DNA from: Chrysemys picta bellii
Taxonomy: Eukaryota
Direction of reading: 5' to 3'
Assembly (NCBI RefSeq): GCF_011386835.1
Contig: NC_088797.1
Span: 30,318,001-30,382,000 of the forward strand
Length of the DNA: 64,000 nt
The stretch's first letter is position 1; every line of letters begins with the position of its first letter. Made by a program: the position numbers and the translations under genes. Below the pieces are notes generated by a model. The model ran no database searches and was not told the origin of the DNA. It saw only the letters and a list, made by a program, of their open reading frames with translations. Below are positions 1 to 13,600 of this stretch, piece after piece.

Positions 1-177
1 TCACCCGCACAGGGAGGTCACAGGGTGCTGTATTGGGTTGCAGTGGGTCATTCCCTTGGGCTGCCATGTTGCATGGTGTCACCCTGCTGCATTAGGTGCT
101 GGCTGGGGTGGGATCCCATTCCCTGCTGAGCTGACACCCCCAACTTTACCTCCGCCCATCACCCCTGTCCCCCTCAC

Positions 178-2302
178 CTTTCAGGGTCTCTGTTAAGATG
201 GCCAGCACCTCCTCCTCCATCAGCCCCAGGAGGGGCAAGGGCACCTGTGATGGGACGGGGTGGCTTTACCACTGGAGGCTTTCAGGTCTGGGAGGGAGGC
301 AGGGCCGGCTCCAGGCACCAGGCACCCAAGCACATGCTTGGGGTGGCACCTGATAAGGGGCGGCGGGGGGAATGCGGCGCGGCATTCCGCAGGGGGGGGG
401 CGCTCCGGAGGCGCGGCGCTGGGGGGGCGGGCTCCGGTTGCGCGGGGCTCGGCGAGGGGGTGGCGCGAGCGCGGCGCTGGAAGGGGGTTCCAGCGGCGCT
501 CGGCGGGGGGTGGGGGCGGGCTCCGGCAGCGCTCGGCGGGGGGCGTCGCGGGGCTCGGCGCTCGGGGGGGTTCTGGCGGTGCTCGGCGGGGGGGCGGCGT
601 GGCGCTCGGCTGGGGGCGGGGGCGGTGCGGCACTCGACGGGGGGGCTGGGGGGGCGGCGCTTTTTTTGCTGCTTGGGGCAGCAAAAAAGCTAGAGCCGGC
701 CCTGGAGGGAGGTATCCCCTCCTCCCTGGCCGTGGAGTGGGGGAGCTTAGTGTCCAGGAGGTGATTCCCTGCAGCCCTGACCCTCCCTGGGGGGATTTCT
801 GAGCACTCATCCACATGATGAGAGCCTCAGTTCTCAGTGGTGCCCTGAGACTGGGGGAGGGCACTGTGAGGAGGTCCTTTCCCCATTGACATAGGACCCA
901 CGTGGGGCATTAGCCTTGTGTGTGTTCCCTGTGGGTGGGTGGAGGGAGCTCAGGGGATCATGAGAGATGCCTAGACTGGGGTTCCCCATGAGGGCCCCAA
1001 ACTGGAGCATCAGAGGTGATGGGGGACTGACTCAGGGGGAGGGAGCCCCATAAGAGGGCAGCAGGAGGGGCTGGGGTGATCAAGGCCGGAAGACAGGCCA
1101 CCATGGGGGGTTAGGGAGATTGTGCGGGACACTCTAGGGGCTCAGGGTAGAGGTATTGAGAGGTAGTCAGAGGAGGCTGGGGGCAGGTGCACTAGTGGGT
1201 CAGGGCTCAGGTCAGATGGACGGGGGCTGGCAGGAAGTTCAGGTCTGGGTAGGGCGGGAGCATACCATCGGAAGGGGGAGAAAGGCCCCATAAACCATGG
1301 GGGGGGGGCAGACTCACAGCTGCTTTGCAGTCCCGCTCGTGTTTCCTCAGCCGGTGCCTGTAAGATTGATTCTGGACCAGTGATGATGCGCAGAGAGCGT
1401 GAGATGGGAACAAACAGTGTCATGCACACCCTGACTGCCTGGAACCTCCCAATGCCCCCTGCCACCCACCCCCACCTTGAACCCCACTGTGATTGCCTGG
1501 GACCACCCTATGCCCCCTGCTCCCCACATCCACCCAGCACCCCCACCCTGACTGTCTGGGACCATCCTACACCCCCTGCCGCCCACCCCCACCCTGCACT
1601 CCATCCTGACTGCCTGGGACCATCCAATGCCCCCCATCCCGCACCCAGCACCCCATCCTGACTGCCTGGGACCAACCAATGCCCCCTGCTCCCCACCCCC
1701 ACCCTGCATCCACCCTGACTCCCTGAGACCACTCAATGCCCTGCCCCCACCCCTGCTCCCTAGCTATCCCCACCCTAGCTATCCTGGGCTTCCTCCCCAG
1801 CAGAGAAAGCTGAGAGGTGAAGGGCAAGAGGCCTGGGGGAGGGCCAGGCCAGGCTGTTTCCAGGCTCTCTGCGTTAAGCTTAGCTTCCCCATCCTACCAG
1901 GGGCTCTGTAATGCTGGATTCCAGTGGACTCACTGGCTTGCTTGGAGCAGATCCCCCCAGCCATGTCACTCCCAAGGAGCAAAGGCTCTGCCAGGAGTCT
2001 GAACTCGCTGGGACTGGCTGTGGAGCCTCAGAGGGTGCTGGAGCCCAGAGGCCCAGTCCTGGGCGCAGAGCCGCTGGACTTGCCCTGGTGAAATGCTGAG
2101 CCCAGGGTCTGACAAATAATAGGGCTCCTCCCAAAGGGACGGTAAGAGTATCTACAGATCCGAGATGAGGGGGTCTGGCTGTACCCACCTGTGTTAGCTG
2201 GTCCACGTGGTAACCCCGCTGGTGTGCCAGTCTCCAGTGGCTGATGCGACTCCCTATGGTCCATACAGTGCTGCCCATGCCTGAGGGGGCAGAGTGACTG
2301 AG
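178..2302 (-). CDS. CATSPERZ: CatSper-zeta (TEX40)-like gene, two internal coding exons; gene continues out of the window to the left
   Basis: Exon 244-178 (cag|GTG...AAA G|gtgag) encodes VPLPLLGLMEEEVLAILTETLK. Exon ~2302-2189 (aag|CTC...CAG|gtgggt) ends RISHWRLAHQRGYHVDQLTQ. Joined in phase 0, they resemble recalled human TEX40 ...HMPHRAYWAEQQSR|LPLPLMELMENEALEILTKALRS. Position and strand downstream of KCNK4 match human. The acceptor at 2302 and a further candidate exon (2838-2772) are tentative. Confidence 0.7.
300..704. mobile_element. hAT-type MITE
   Basis: TIRs CAGGGCCGGCTC(C/T)AG at both ends; perfect 8-bp TSD GAGGGAGG (292-299, 705-712); GC-rich internal tandem repeats. Confidence 0.9.
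1420..1790. repeat. Degenerate C-rich minisatellite
   Basis: Recurrent GACTGCCTGGGACC...AATGCCCCC units. Confidence 0.7.
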
Positions 2303-3207
2303 CTTGAGGTAGCCGGGGGGGAGGGGAGGGCTCAGTCTATAACCCCCACCCACCACAGATCCAAAAGCACACAGGTATCCCTCGCCTGGTGCTGAGATGC
2401 AGCCACCTCTGGGGTGGAGAGCGGGGGCTGTTTACACTGGGATTCCTCCCCCCATGACTCACCTGAGAGGGTGGTGCGTGACTCCTGCTGGGCGAGATGG
2501 GCTGAGGTCTCTAAGGCTTCAGCAGCAGGCCCAGGTTCCTGGTGGGAGGAATCCCTTTAGAGCAATTGGGGGCAGCCCAGATGCCCCCTAACTCCATCCC
2601 CAGGCCTTCCCCTCCTCCTGTGGCTTTGCACCCCTGGCATCTAAGAGGCGGCTTCCTTTCCCACCCCCTCCCCCACAGGCAGCCCCTTCCTTGGAGTTGG
2701 GGAGGGGAGTGTGCAGGGCAGATGCCCAGATCCCACTGCCCCCCAGCCCTCCATCCCCCAGTCACTCCTACCTCCTGACAGGCACTGTCTGGTTCTTCTG
2801 GGTAATCATGGGGTGGAGGGGAGGTGCCCCTGGATGACCTGCGGTGGGAAGGGCATCCTGGTGAGAGGAGAGTATCCCCCGCCCCTCTCCAGATCAGATC
2901 AATGGGCCCGCCTGTCTTCCCCTCTCCCTGCCCAGGAGCAGACCTGTGGGCCCATCCAATCCGGTATCTCCCTCCCCCAGCTCCAGGCCAGACTGTGTTC
3001 CTATGTGGGGGGTGACTGGAGCCCTGGAGTGGAAATTCCTTTAGCACGGAACAGCTAAAAGCTTCTGTGAGGGGGGTGGATTCCATTAGGGGCATGAGAG
3101 CAGAGTCCCCTGGGGGGCATGGAGATGGTGGGGGGATGGAATGGGGAAAGCAGCATCCCTGAGGCAGGTAGGGAACTGGGATGGAGAGGCTGCTGCTGCC
3201 CCACAGG

Positions 3208-3430
3208 CAGGGCCGGCTCCAGGGTTTTGGCTGCCCCAAGTGGCGCAAAAAAAAAAAAAAAAAAGCCGCGATCGTGATCTGCGGCGGCAATTCGGCGGGA
3301 GGCCCTTCGCTCCGAGTGGGAGTGAGGGACCGTCCGCTGAATTGCCACCGAATAGCTGGATGTGCCGCCCCTCTCCGGAGTGGCCACCCCAAGCACCTGC
3401 TTGGCAAGCTGGTGCCTGGAGCCGGCCCTG
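3208..3430. mobile_element. hAT-type MITE, same family as 300-704, opposite orientation
   Basis: TIRs CAGGGCCGGCTCCAG / CTGGAGCCGGCCCTG; perfect 8-bp TSD CCCACAGG (3200-3207, 3431-3438). Confidence 0.9.
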
Positions 3431-4309
3431 CCCACAGGGCAGATCAACCCCCACCCAATGAGGCTGAGCTGTCTGCCCCCCTCCCCAAGGGTCCCTGACT
3501 CCTGGGCATGACACAGTCTAGTTGTGACCCCCCTGACCCAGCCATGTCCCCCAAGGACAATTTTCCCATGGATCCAGTGTTACATATTAACCCCCCTTCC
3601 CCAACTCTGTCCCTCCACCCCCAGTCACTAGAGGTGGAGAGGCCCAGATGCCAACCCCACCACTCCACTCTTACCCCTCAGCAGCGTCCATCATCTGTTC
3701 CCCCTGCTCCAGCGCTTTCTCCTGCAACAACAGAGTGGCTTAAAACAGACTCAGCTGCAACCCTTTCAGTGACACCCCAGAGAACCCCAGTCCCTGTCCC
3801 AACACTGTGGTGACCCCCCAGGAACCCCAGTCTCTGTTCCCCACTCTGCAGTGACACCTGCCAGCACCCCACATCGGTATTGGCAACATACAGGGATACC
3901 CAGTATTAGCCTGCTCCTAATATGGGGATGACATTGTAGAGGATTGGGCACCTCCGAGCCACTAACTAAGACCACTCGTCCCCCCTCCGCACACCCCAGT
4001 CCCATCCCCTACCTCCTGGGCAGTGCTGGGGTCAGGGGAGAGGCTCCACGCAGACCTGCAGAGAGAGGCAGGGCTTAGCAGGAGCATCACGGATTTACCG
4101 GGGTGCACTGTGCTGGCGAGCATGTCCAGGAATGCCCTGCGGGCGTGCCAGGCCATGGGGTTAGGGTGAGCACCCCTACTCCAGCATGCCTAGGCAGGGT
4201 CCTGTGCTCTCCAGCGCCCCATGTGTCTCTGTATCTCCTCCTCCTTTCCCCTCCAGAGCCTCGCTCTCTGCCCCCTGGCCTGGGCAGCCAGATTCTTAAT
4301 CCAGCGACC

Positions 4310-4810
4310 TAGGAACATAGGGCTGGAAGGAACCTTCTGGGCTACTGAGTCTGGGTCCTGCTCTTGCAGCCAACCTGTTACAGGATCCTGGTTGGAAACT
4401 TACCCAGCTCCATCCTCAGGCCGGTTGGGGTGTTTGCCCACCACTCCTCCTACTGGGAGGCTGCTCCAGACCATCCCTCCTCTGCTGGGCACAAACCTTC
4501 TTCTCACATTCAGCCTCAGTGGATTCCTGGCCAGGTTATCCCCCATTTGTTCTTACGCCAACATTCATCGCTCATAAACCCCACTGTGATCATCCAGTCT
4601 GACCTCTGGCATCACGGGCCATAGGGCTGCCCTGAACTAATTCCCATTTGAACTGGGGCAAATCTGGACTTTGGTGGCCCTTTGCTAGACTGAAGAACCT
4701 TCTGTTATCATGTCTGTTCTCCAGGCAGGTGCCTAGAGACTGGGAGCAAGTTACCTCTTCACCTTCTCTTGGTTAAATTACAGCAACTGAGTCCTATAGT
4801 CTCTCTGTAC
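4310..4810 (-). mobile_element. Decayed CR1 LINE 3' fragment
   Basis: The reverse strand gives a degenerate ORF2 tail (RLNVRRRF...WSSLP) and a CTATGTTCCT-type 3' end; locally lower GC. Confidence 0.65.
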
Positions 4811-6821
4811 AGCATTGTACCGGTAAGGCATCAGGATAAGGCATTATTACCTGACAGCTGCCCCTGAGCCTACATGGAAACATTCCTCCAGATTAAGGCA
4901 GGGTGTAAATTTTAAATGGATTAACTATTCCTGATTAACTGCATATGTGGATGCTCTTGGACCAGGAGCAGAGTGCCTTGTTCCAGATTAGTTTAATCTG
5001 GATTAGGATAATTTGGGCTAAGGCACCCTGATTCTGAAATTAGGGTGTCCACACATGGAGTTAGGAATCATTAATCAGGAATAGCTCCTGAGTAGACAAG
5101 ACTTTGGTGCCCAGGTGCAGCCCTGCGGGGCTCCCAGGTTCGCTCCAGGGCTCTGTTCCTAGGGACAGTTCTTGTTGGTGCTTCCATCCCCAGCCAGAGA
5201 GAGCCGCAGCCATCCCGTCCCCCCTGCCCTGGAGGGGAAAGTAACCCTTTTCTGCCCATGGGATGGCAATCTCAAGGGCATGGGGAAACTGAGTCATACC
5301 TATTGTTCTTACAAATATGGCAGCAATTCCCACATTTTCCACAGGGTGATATCACACCCCCACCCTGGGTTTAGTCCAGTATCCTCCCCCACCCCAGCTA
5401 ACCATGCAGCCCTGTACCCCATGCCTTTGGGGTGATATTCCCAGCATCCTCTGCTCTCACCATCTGCGCAATTCCATCTCGCCATCCAATTCCATTCCTG
5501 CCTTGCCCTGCAATGCACCAGGAAGTGATTAATGGGGTGCCTCTCTCTCACAGCTCCTTTGCTGGAAGGGGGTTATCCAGAGGACTGGAGCTCTCCCAGA
5601 TGCCACCCCTCTGTGAATTGGGGCCCAGCTTTCCCAGACACCCTCCTTGAAATTGAGACCCAGAGCCCCTTCCTGAATGGGGACCTCATGCCCACAGATT
5701 CCTGCCCTTGAAACCAGGACCAGTGCTCCAGATGCACCCCCCCTTGAAATCAGGATCCAGTGACCCGACAGGCCCCCCCCCGAACTGAGACATAGTGCCC
5801 CCACATGCCTTCCTTTCCCTGTTGCATCCTCCATTGCGCCCTCCCAACCAGACAGATTTTGGGGATGTCACCTCACATGTCCTGTTACCTGCTCTGTGTC
5901 CGGCTCATCTCCACTCTTCATGATGTACCAGGGAACTGGGTGAGCTCAGTGCCTGAGACGCCGGGGGAGGGGAAGTGTCAGAGCTAGCAGCCCCCACCCA
6001 ATCCCCCCCTTTTAGCCCCCCCATGCCCTTGGTACCCAATCATCCCCACCCCAGTACTCCCATTGAGCCCCCACATCCTTCATGCCTCTTGCAGCCCAGT
6101 CACCCCTCTTGACATCTGCCTATCCTCCACACATCCCTGCTAACCCACCAAACCCAGCCACACACCTCTGCCCCCCATTTACTCCTCCACTCCCCCTCTC
6201 ATCAGACCCCCACCTACTTTGTGCCCCCCATCACCCTTCCAGTATGGGGCACAAAGAGAAGCTGGAGTTTGGGGGGGTGAGAGACCACAATGACCATGCA
6301 CCCCCCCAAAAGGAAAGGATGGACTCACAGACACCCCACTCAGACCAGGACCCCGTGGTGCCCTGCGGTGAAGCCATGGCAACAGGAGAACCCTGCTGGG
6401 CAACAGTCTCCAGGCCCCCACATCCCATCCCAGGGACTCTAGAATCCCTCACTTGCCCCCAGCAGAGCTGGGGGAGGAGGAGACTCACCCCCCAAGGTCC
6501 CCAATCCCCCACACCATGCCTTGCACAGGTCCCCTGGGGGTGGAGGACCCCTGGGACGGGTGACACCCCCCACTCTGTGGCCCCACCTCCATCATGCTCC
6601 ACTTACTTCCACTCCCAGCTCCCCTTCTCCACTGCCCCCCTACCCTGGTTCCTGTTCCCCATCAAACCGCCACAGCCCCTTGCCTCTGAACCCCGCTACA
6701 CCTCTTCCATGCCCCCCCTCCTGGGCTGGTGCCTCCTGAGCCCTCCCTCCCTCAGGCACTGTGCCAGCTACCCCCACCCTGGACAGACACACAGATGCGG
6801 TGTCTCTCATTCAGATTTTGG

Positions 6822-6827
6822 TTTAAT
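6822..6827 (-). terminator. Candidate KCNK4 poly(A) signal (ATTAAA)
   Basis: ATTAAA on the minus strand, preceded by a U-rich tract, ~860 nt after the stop. No canonical AATAAA seen closer. Confidence 0.35.
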
Positions 6828-7686
6828 CTGGAAAATAAAAAACAAAACAAAAAATTGTCCATCGAACAGAGTCAAACAGGCACCTTTGTGTGTGTGGATG
6901 GGGGGGGGGAAGTGGCGACAGGACAGACAGACACACAGGGGGATCACTGGGTGGACACCCCCACTTCCTACACCACGGAGGGGGAGGGGAGGCAGCAGGG
7001 AACAGCATCGCCCCTTATTTGGCTCAATAAACTCCCCCTAGTTGATTTGGGAGGGGTCAACCCCCAGGAGTTTGGGGGTTCAGAATATCATTTGGCAGTT
7101 TGATCCCTCCCCCTTTTGGGGGGGTTAAGGACCCATCCCGCAAGGCAAATGAGGCACAGATTTGGGGGGAGACAGGAGTGTCCCCCACGAGCTGCCCCCC
7201 AGACACTCCAGGGGAGGGGGATAGTCTCTGAGCTGGGGTGGTAGGTGTCTGTGTGCAGTGGGGTTCCCGGTATTGGAGGGGGTCTCCTGGTACCAAGAAG
7301 GGGATGGGAGCAAATCCCTTTTCTGGGTGTGGGTGGGGTCTGGTGCTGGGGAGGACAGTTGGCACCTTGAGGGGACCATGGAGGATGGTGTCTCTGTGCC
7401 AGGGGTGCTCAGCTGGTACCGGGGTGGGGGAGGCAGTCTCAGTGCTGGGTTGGCAGTTTGGCAGCAGGGGGGCAGTTGGCATCACAGGGGAGGGGATGTC
7501 TCCATGCTGGGTGGCCCAGTTGGTACCATGAGGGAAGGGAGGTCTGTGTTGGGGGGCCCCATTGGTACCATGGGGGACAGGTAGGCCCAGCTGACAGCCC
7601 GGGGGGCAGTCTCTATGCTGTTGGGGGCCCAGGTAGCACCATGCTGCAGGGGGGCAGTCTCCGTGCAGGTGTCGCTCCACTCCCCT

Positions 7687-10600
7687 CTAGACCGCCTCAC
7701 CCTTGTGGCGAGTGCGGCTCAGCAGGTCCATAGGCAGGCCGGGGGGCTGGCCGTGGGTGTGGCGGGTACGCAGGCGGCGGAGTTGGCGGGGGCGCTTGGC
7801 CTGCAGCCCCCCTTCAGTGGGCGCCTCGCTCTGGGTGTCGGAGCTCTCATCGATGAAGGCCAGGTTCTCCCCCATGTAGTCTATAGGGCGCAGGCCACCC
7901 CCCGCTGAGGCGGCCATGTTGCGGGCGTTGAGCTGCGCCACCTGCAGGGCGGTGCTGGGAGAGGGGAGCTCCGGGCGAGGCAAGGGAGGTGGTGGAGAAG
8001 GCGTGGCAGGTGGAAGCTCCGGGGGCATAGGGGAGGGTGGGTGTCCCTTCAGCGTCCCCACTTTCTGAAGCTTCTCAGGCAGCCCCATGCCCGTCACCCG
8101 CAGCTGGGCCGTCACATTCCCTGTCCAGCTGGCAGCCTGCGCGGTGAGGCCCCCCATCTGTAGGTTGAGAGGGGAATCAGGGACAGGCAGGGAAATCTCC
8201 CACTGATCCCACCGCATACATCACTGAGCCCCCCCACATCCCTCCACTGATTGCCTCAACATACACCCCAGCCCCCTCAGCCTGCAGGGTGAGACCCCCC
8301 CAACATCTGTGGGGAAAGTGGGGGGTCAGGGAACCCATCCAAGCCCTTCCACTGACCCCCCTCCACTTCCACCCTGACCCCCACATACTTACTCCTCCCC
8401 ACCCCATCCCTTCCCACTGACATGCCCCCTCTCCACATGAACCACTCCTCCCTTCCCCCACCCATCCACTCTGCTGGATTGGGGGGTGTCAGACTGACCC
8501 CCCCATCCACTCTCTCACCTATGGGCACGCCCTGGGGTCTGTGTACAGGATGGGGGGAGGCTCTTTTGGAGGGGGGTGCATGCTAGGGTGTGTGTGCAGG
8601 GTGGGTACATAGCCTTTGTGCACCAGGACAGGACCCGCCAGTGGGTGTATCTTGTGGGGGTGGTGTGGAGCAGTGACAGAGTCCACAGGGGGATGCAGGG
8701 GCGTGGGAGGGGTCAGATGGAGGGGTCGGTTGGGGGGTGGGGAAGACCCATCTCAGCCCATGTGTGCCGGGTCAGCACCCCCAGCAAGTTGTCAATGTGG
8801 GGGATGTGGGGTCCTTTGAGGGGTTGGAAGGGGTGGTGGTTATGAAGGGGTCTGTAGTGGGGTACCAACCCTGGCATGTGTATGCTGGGACAGTACTCGC
8901 AGCTAGTTGGGGGTGCCGTGGGGGGGTCATAGGGATGGGGTGGGGACACCACAGGGGGATGCAAAGTCTGTGGGAGGATGCAAAGGGGTGTGGGAGGGCA
9001 GGGGATAGTGGGAGTCTGTGGGGAGTTGGAGAGGTGGGGTGGGGGACAGTGAGGGGGTTAGAGTGGTGAGGGGGATAGGAGGTCTGTGGGTGACAGGAGG
9101 AGACAGTGGGGAGTCCATGGGGGGATGCAAAGGGGAGGCAGTAAGGGGGATGGAGGGGCAAGACAGTGTGGGGGTTCATACGGGGAGCTGGAGGGGTGGG
9201 GGGCAGGAGGCAGTGGGGGTTCTGTGGGGGGGTTGGAGGGGCAGGATGATGGAAAGTAGGGGGGTTAGAGAAGTGGTGGGCAGAGGAGCACAGCAGAGGA
9301 GAGTCCGTCAGGGGTCCATGAGAGGATGCAAAAGGGGGCAGTGAGTGGGTCAGAGGGGCAGGGTAGTGGGGGTTCCGTGGGAGGGTAAGGGGCAGGATGG
9401 ATGGCAAGGAGGGGATCTGAGGGATGGGGGGAAGTGAGGGGATCAGAGAGGCAGGGTGGGGGAAGTGCGGGGTACCAACCTCGGCCCGCGTGCGACGGGA
9501 CAACACCCGCAGCCAGTTGCCAATCATGGTGAGGATGGAGGCGAAGTAGGCCAGGCCCAGCAGGATCCAGAACCAGACCAGGGGCTTGTACCAGGGGTGC
9601 TTGTCCCCCATACCATCACCTGGGAGGGGAGATGCTGAGACACTGCCCCCGAAACACACAACCTCCTCACTGCACCGGCTGTGCCTTCCCTGCCCCTCTC
9701 CCCCATCACTCCATTGCCCCCAATCCTCCTGCCAGCCCCTCTCCACCCGCTTCCCTCTGCCTCTTCCCTGTCCTCCTTTCCCTGTACCAGGCCCCCCTGG
9801 CCACATAAGAATGGCCAATGGTCCATCTAGACCACTATCTTGTCTTCTGACAGTAGCCCATACCGGAGCTTCAGGGAGAGTATACAGAACTGGGCAATTT
9901 GGAGAGATCCACCTGTCTGCCCCTCCTGGCTTCTGGCAGTTGGAGGGTTAAGATCGCCCTAAGCATGGGGTACATCCATCCCTGACCATCTTAGCCAATA
10001 GCCAGCGATGGACCTATTTTCCATGAACTTATCTAATTTTTTTTTTAACCCAGTTATACTTTTGGCCTTCACAACATCTCATGAGAGGTTGACTGTGCCT
10101 TGTGTGAAGAAGTATTTCCTCTTGTTTGTATTAAACTTGCTCCCCATTAATTTCAATCAGTGACCCCCTGGTTTTTGTATTGTGTGAAAGGGTAAATAAG
10201 ACTTCTCTATTTTTCTACATCAGTCATGATTTTGTAGACCTCTATCATATCCCCCCCCTTGATTGTCTTTTTTCTAAGCTGAACAGTCCTAATATTTTTA
10301 GACTCTCCTCATATGGAAGTTATTCCATACCCTTGATCACCTCTGTTGTCCTTTTCTGAATGTTTTCCAGTTCCACTATATATCCTTTTTGAGATGGGGC
10401 AACCAGAACTGGATACAGGATTCAAGGTGTGGGCACATCATGGATTTATATAGCGGCATTATAATAATTTTCTGTCTTATTTTCTATCCTTCCTACCATT
10501 TTGTTAGCCTTTCTGACCACTGCTGCACATTGAGCTGAAGTTTTCAGACTACCCACAATAACTCCAAGATCTCATTCTTGAGTGGCAACATCTAATTTAG

Positions 10601-13600
10601 ACCTCATCATTTTGTATGTGTAGCTAGGATTATGTTTCCCAGTGTGCATTACTTTGCACTTACCAACGCTGAATTTCATCTCCCATTGTCTTGCCCACTC
10701 ATGCAGTTTCGTGAGATCCCTTTGTAACTCTTCACAGTCTGCTTTAGACTCAACTATCTTAAGTAATTTTTTATCATCTGCAAACTTTGCCATTTCACTG
10801 TTCACTCCCCTTTTCCAGATCATTAGTAAATATGTTGAATCGCACAAGTCCCAGTCCCTCGGGGGACCCCGATATTTACCTCTCTCCATTCTGAAAACTG
10901 ACCATTTATTCCTACCCTTTGTTTCCTATCTTTAAACCAGTTACTGATCCACGAGAGAGCCTTTTTTCTAATCCTATGACTACTTTTTTCTTAAGAGCCT
11001 TTAGTGAGAGACCTTGTCAAAGGCTTTCTGAAAATCCAAGTACACTATATTGACTAGATCACCCTTATCCACATGCTTGTTGACCCCCTCAAAGAATTCT
11101 TGAGTCATGAGCCACAACTTCCCTTTACAAAAGCTGTGTTGACTCTTCTCCCACAAAGTGTGTTTATCAGTGTTAACTGATAATTCCATTTTTTTTTACT
11201 ATAGTTTCTACCAATTTGCCCAACACTGAAGTTAGGCTAACTGGCCTGTAATTGCCAGGATCCCCTCTGGAGCCTTTTTTTAAAAATCGGCATTACATTA
11301 AGCTATCCTCCAGCCATCTGGCACAGAGGCTTGTTTCAGTGATGGATTACGTACTACAGTTAGTAGTTCTGCCATTTCATGTTTGAATTCCTCCAGAACT
11401 CTTGGGTGATTCCAGCTGGTCCTGGTGACTTATTACGGTTTCATTTATCAATGTGTTCTAAAATCTCTTCCACTGACACATCTGTGTAATAGCACTTCAG
11501 ATGTCTCACCCAAAAAGAATAGCTCTGATGGGGGTATCTCCCCCACATCCTCTGGAGTGAAGACTGATGCAAAGAATCCTTTTAGCGTCTCTGCAATGGC
11601 CTTGTCTTCCTTGAGTGCTCCTTTAACACCTTTGTGGTCTGGCCCCACTGCCTGTCTGACATGCTTCCTGCTTGTGATGTACTTAAAAAAAAATGCTTAG
11701 TTTTTGCGTCTTTAGCAAGTTGCTTCTCAAGTTCTTTCTTGGCCTGTCTTATTACACTTGGACCCTTAACCAGCCTGAGTTTGTTGGAACTCATTGGAAT
11801 TTGATTTCCAAAGTTTAAAGGGTACTTTTTTGCTTCTAACAGCCTCCAATATTCTGCTGTTGAGCTATGGTGGTATTCTTTTGGTCCTCGTATTGTCTTT
11901 TCTGATTTGGGGTATACATTCACTATGACCCTGTATTATGGCATTTTTAAATAGTTTCCACTGCTTGCAGGCATTTTACCCTTGTGACAGCTCCTTTTAA
12001 TTTCCATCTAACAAGTGTCCTCATTTTGTGTAGTTCCCCTTTTTAAAGTTAAATTTTACTGTAGTGGGATTTTTTGTGCGTGTATTATCTCCCTACAGAG
12101 ATGCTAAATTTAATTACATTATGGTCCCTATTACTGAGCAGTCCTGCTATAATTAGCTCTTGGACTACATCCTCTGCTCCACTTAGGACATCACACCTCA
12201 CCACCCACCTTCCCTGTCATCTGCTACTCACACCTCCCACAGTGGGACCCACCAGGGGCTCTCTCACACTAACCCTCCCACACACACTAGGCTGCTCCCT
12301 GCTCCCCTTTCCTTGTCCCCCATGAAGCCCAGCTTCCACTGAGCCCCCCCTCCTGCCCACCACCAACAGCCTCCCCCATGTAGATCCTCCCATGCCTACC
12401 TGCCACATAGTCCCCGAAGCCGATGGTAGTCAGCGTGATGACCACAAAGTAGACAGATTCCAGCAGGGTCCAGCCCTCCACTCGCTGGAACACAATGGTG
12501 GGGATGGTGACGAAAAGGATGCAGCCAATGAGGATGAAGAGCAGGGCGGAGAGAACCCGCACAATGGTGGGACTCACCTGCCATTTCTGGGAGGGAGGAG
12601 ACAGCATCAGGGGAGGACCAGGGGAAAGCCCCCTCCCCACAGACTGTGCCAGCCCCCCCCCCACACGCACACTCTGACCCCCGAGAGGGGAACCCCCACC
12701 ACCACCACACACACCAACCCCTTTGCCCCTCACATACACTAATTCCTCCCAACACACACACACTCACTCCTTTGCCCCCCTCACACAGCCCCCTGGCAGT
12801 AGAGGTGCCACCTGGCCGGGTTTTGTACTGCTTTGCCAGGTAGAAGATTTTCTGTGCTGGGTTTTTTCACTTGAGACATGCCAAAGCACTCTACAATCCA
12901 TGCCTTGTAGTTTGGACTGTGGCCCGTGTTAGGATGAGGTAAGAAAAATGATAAAAGACATCCAGGCAGTGTGCAGCGGCAGTCAACAAAGCAAACAGGA
13001 TGTTAGGAATCATTAAAAAAGGGATAGAGACTAAGACAGAGAATATCTTATAAATATAAATCCATGGTACACCCACATCTTGAATACTGCATACAGATGT
13101 GGTCTCCTCATCTCAAAAAAGATATACTGGTATTAGAAAAGGTTTAGAGAAGGGCAACGAAAATTATTAGGGGTTTGGAATGGGTCCCATACGAGGAGAG
13201 ATTAAAGACGCTAGGACTCTTTGTCTTGGAAAAGAGGAGACTAAGGGGGGGATATGATAGAGGTCTATAAAATCATGAGTGGTGCGGAGAAAGTGAATAA
13301 GGAAAAGTTATTTACTTGTTCCCATAATATTAGAACTAGGGGTCACCAAATGAAATTAATGGGCAGCAGGTTTAAAACAAATAAAAGGAAGTTCTTCTTC
13401 ACACAGCGCACAGTCAACCTGTGGAACTCCTTGCCTGAGGAGGTTGTGAAGGCTAGGATTATAACAGGGTTTAAAAGAGAACTAGATAAATTCATGGAGG
13501 TTAAGTCCATTAATGACTATTAGCCAGGATGGGTAAGGAATGGTGTCCCTAGCCTCTGTTTGTCAGAGGGTGGAGATGGATGGCAGGAGAGAGATCACTT

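Noticed and set aside
220-864. Several long Pro/Gly/Arg-rich ORFs on both strands
   Set aside because: They run through the GC-rich MITE at 300-704, which has few stop codons, and show no protein-like composition.
6082-7041. 319-aa plus-strand ORF, and possible CATSPERZ 5' exons on the minus strand
   Set aside because: Low-complexity, with no recognisable homology. I could not build a convincing exon chain to the CATSPERZ exons.
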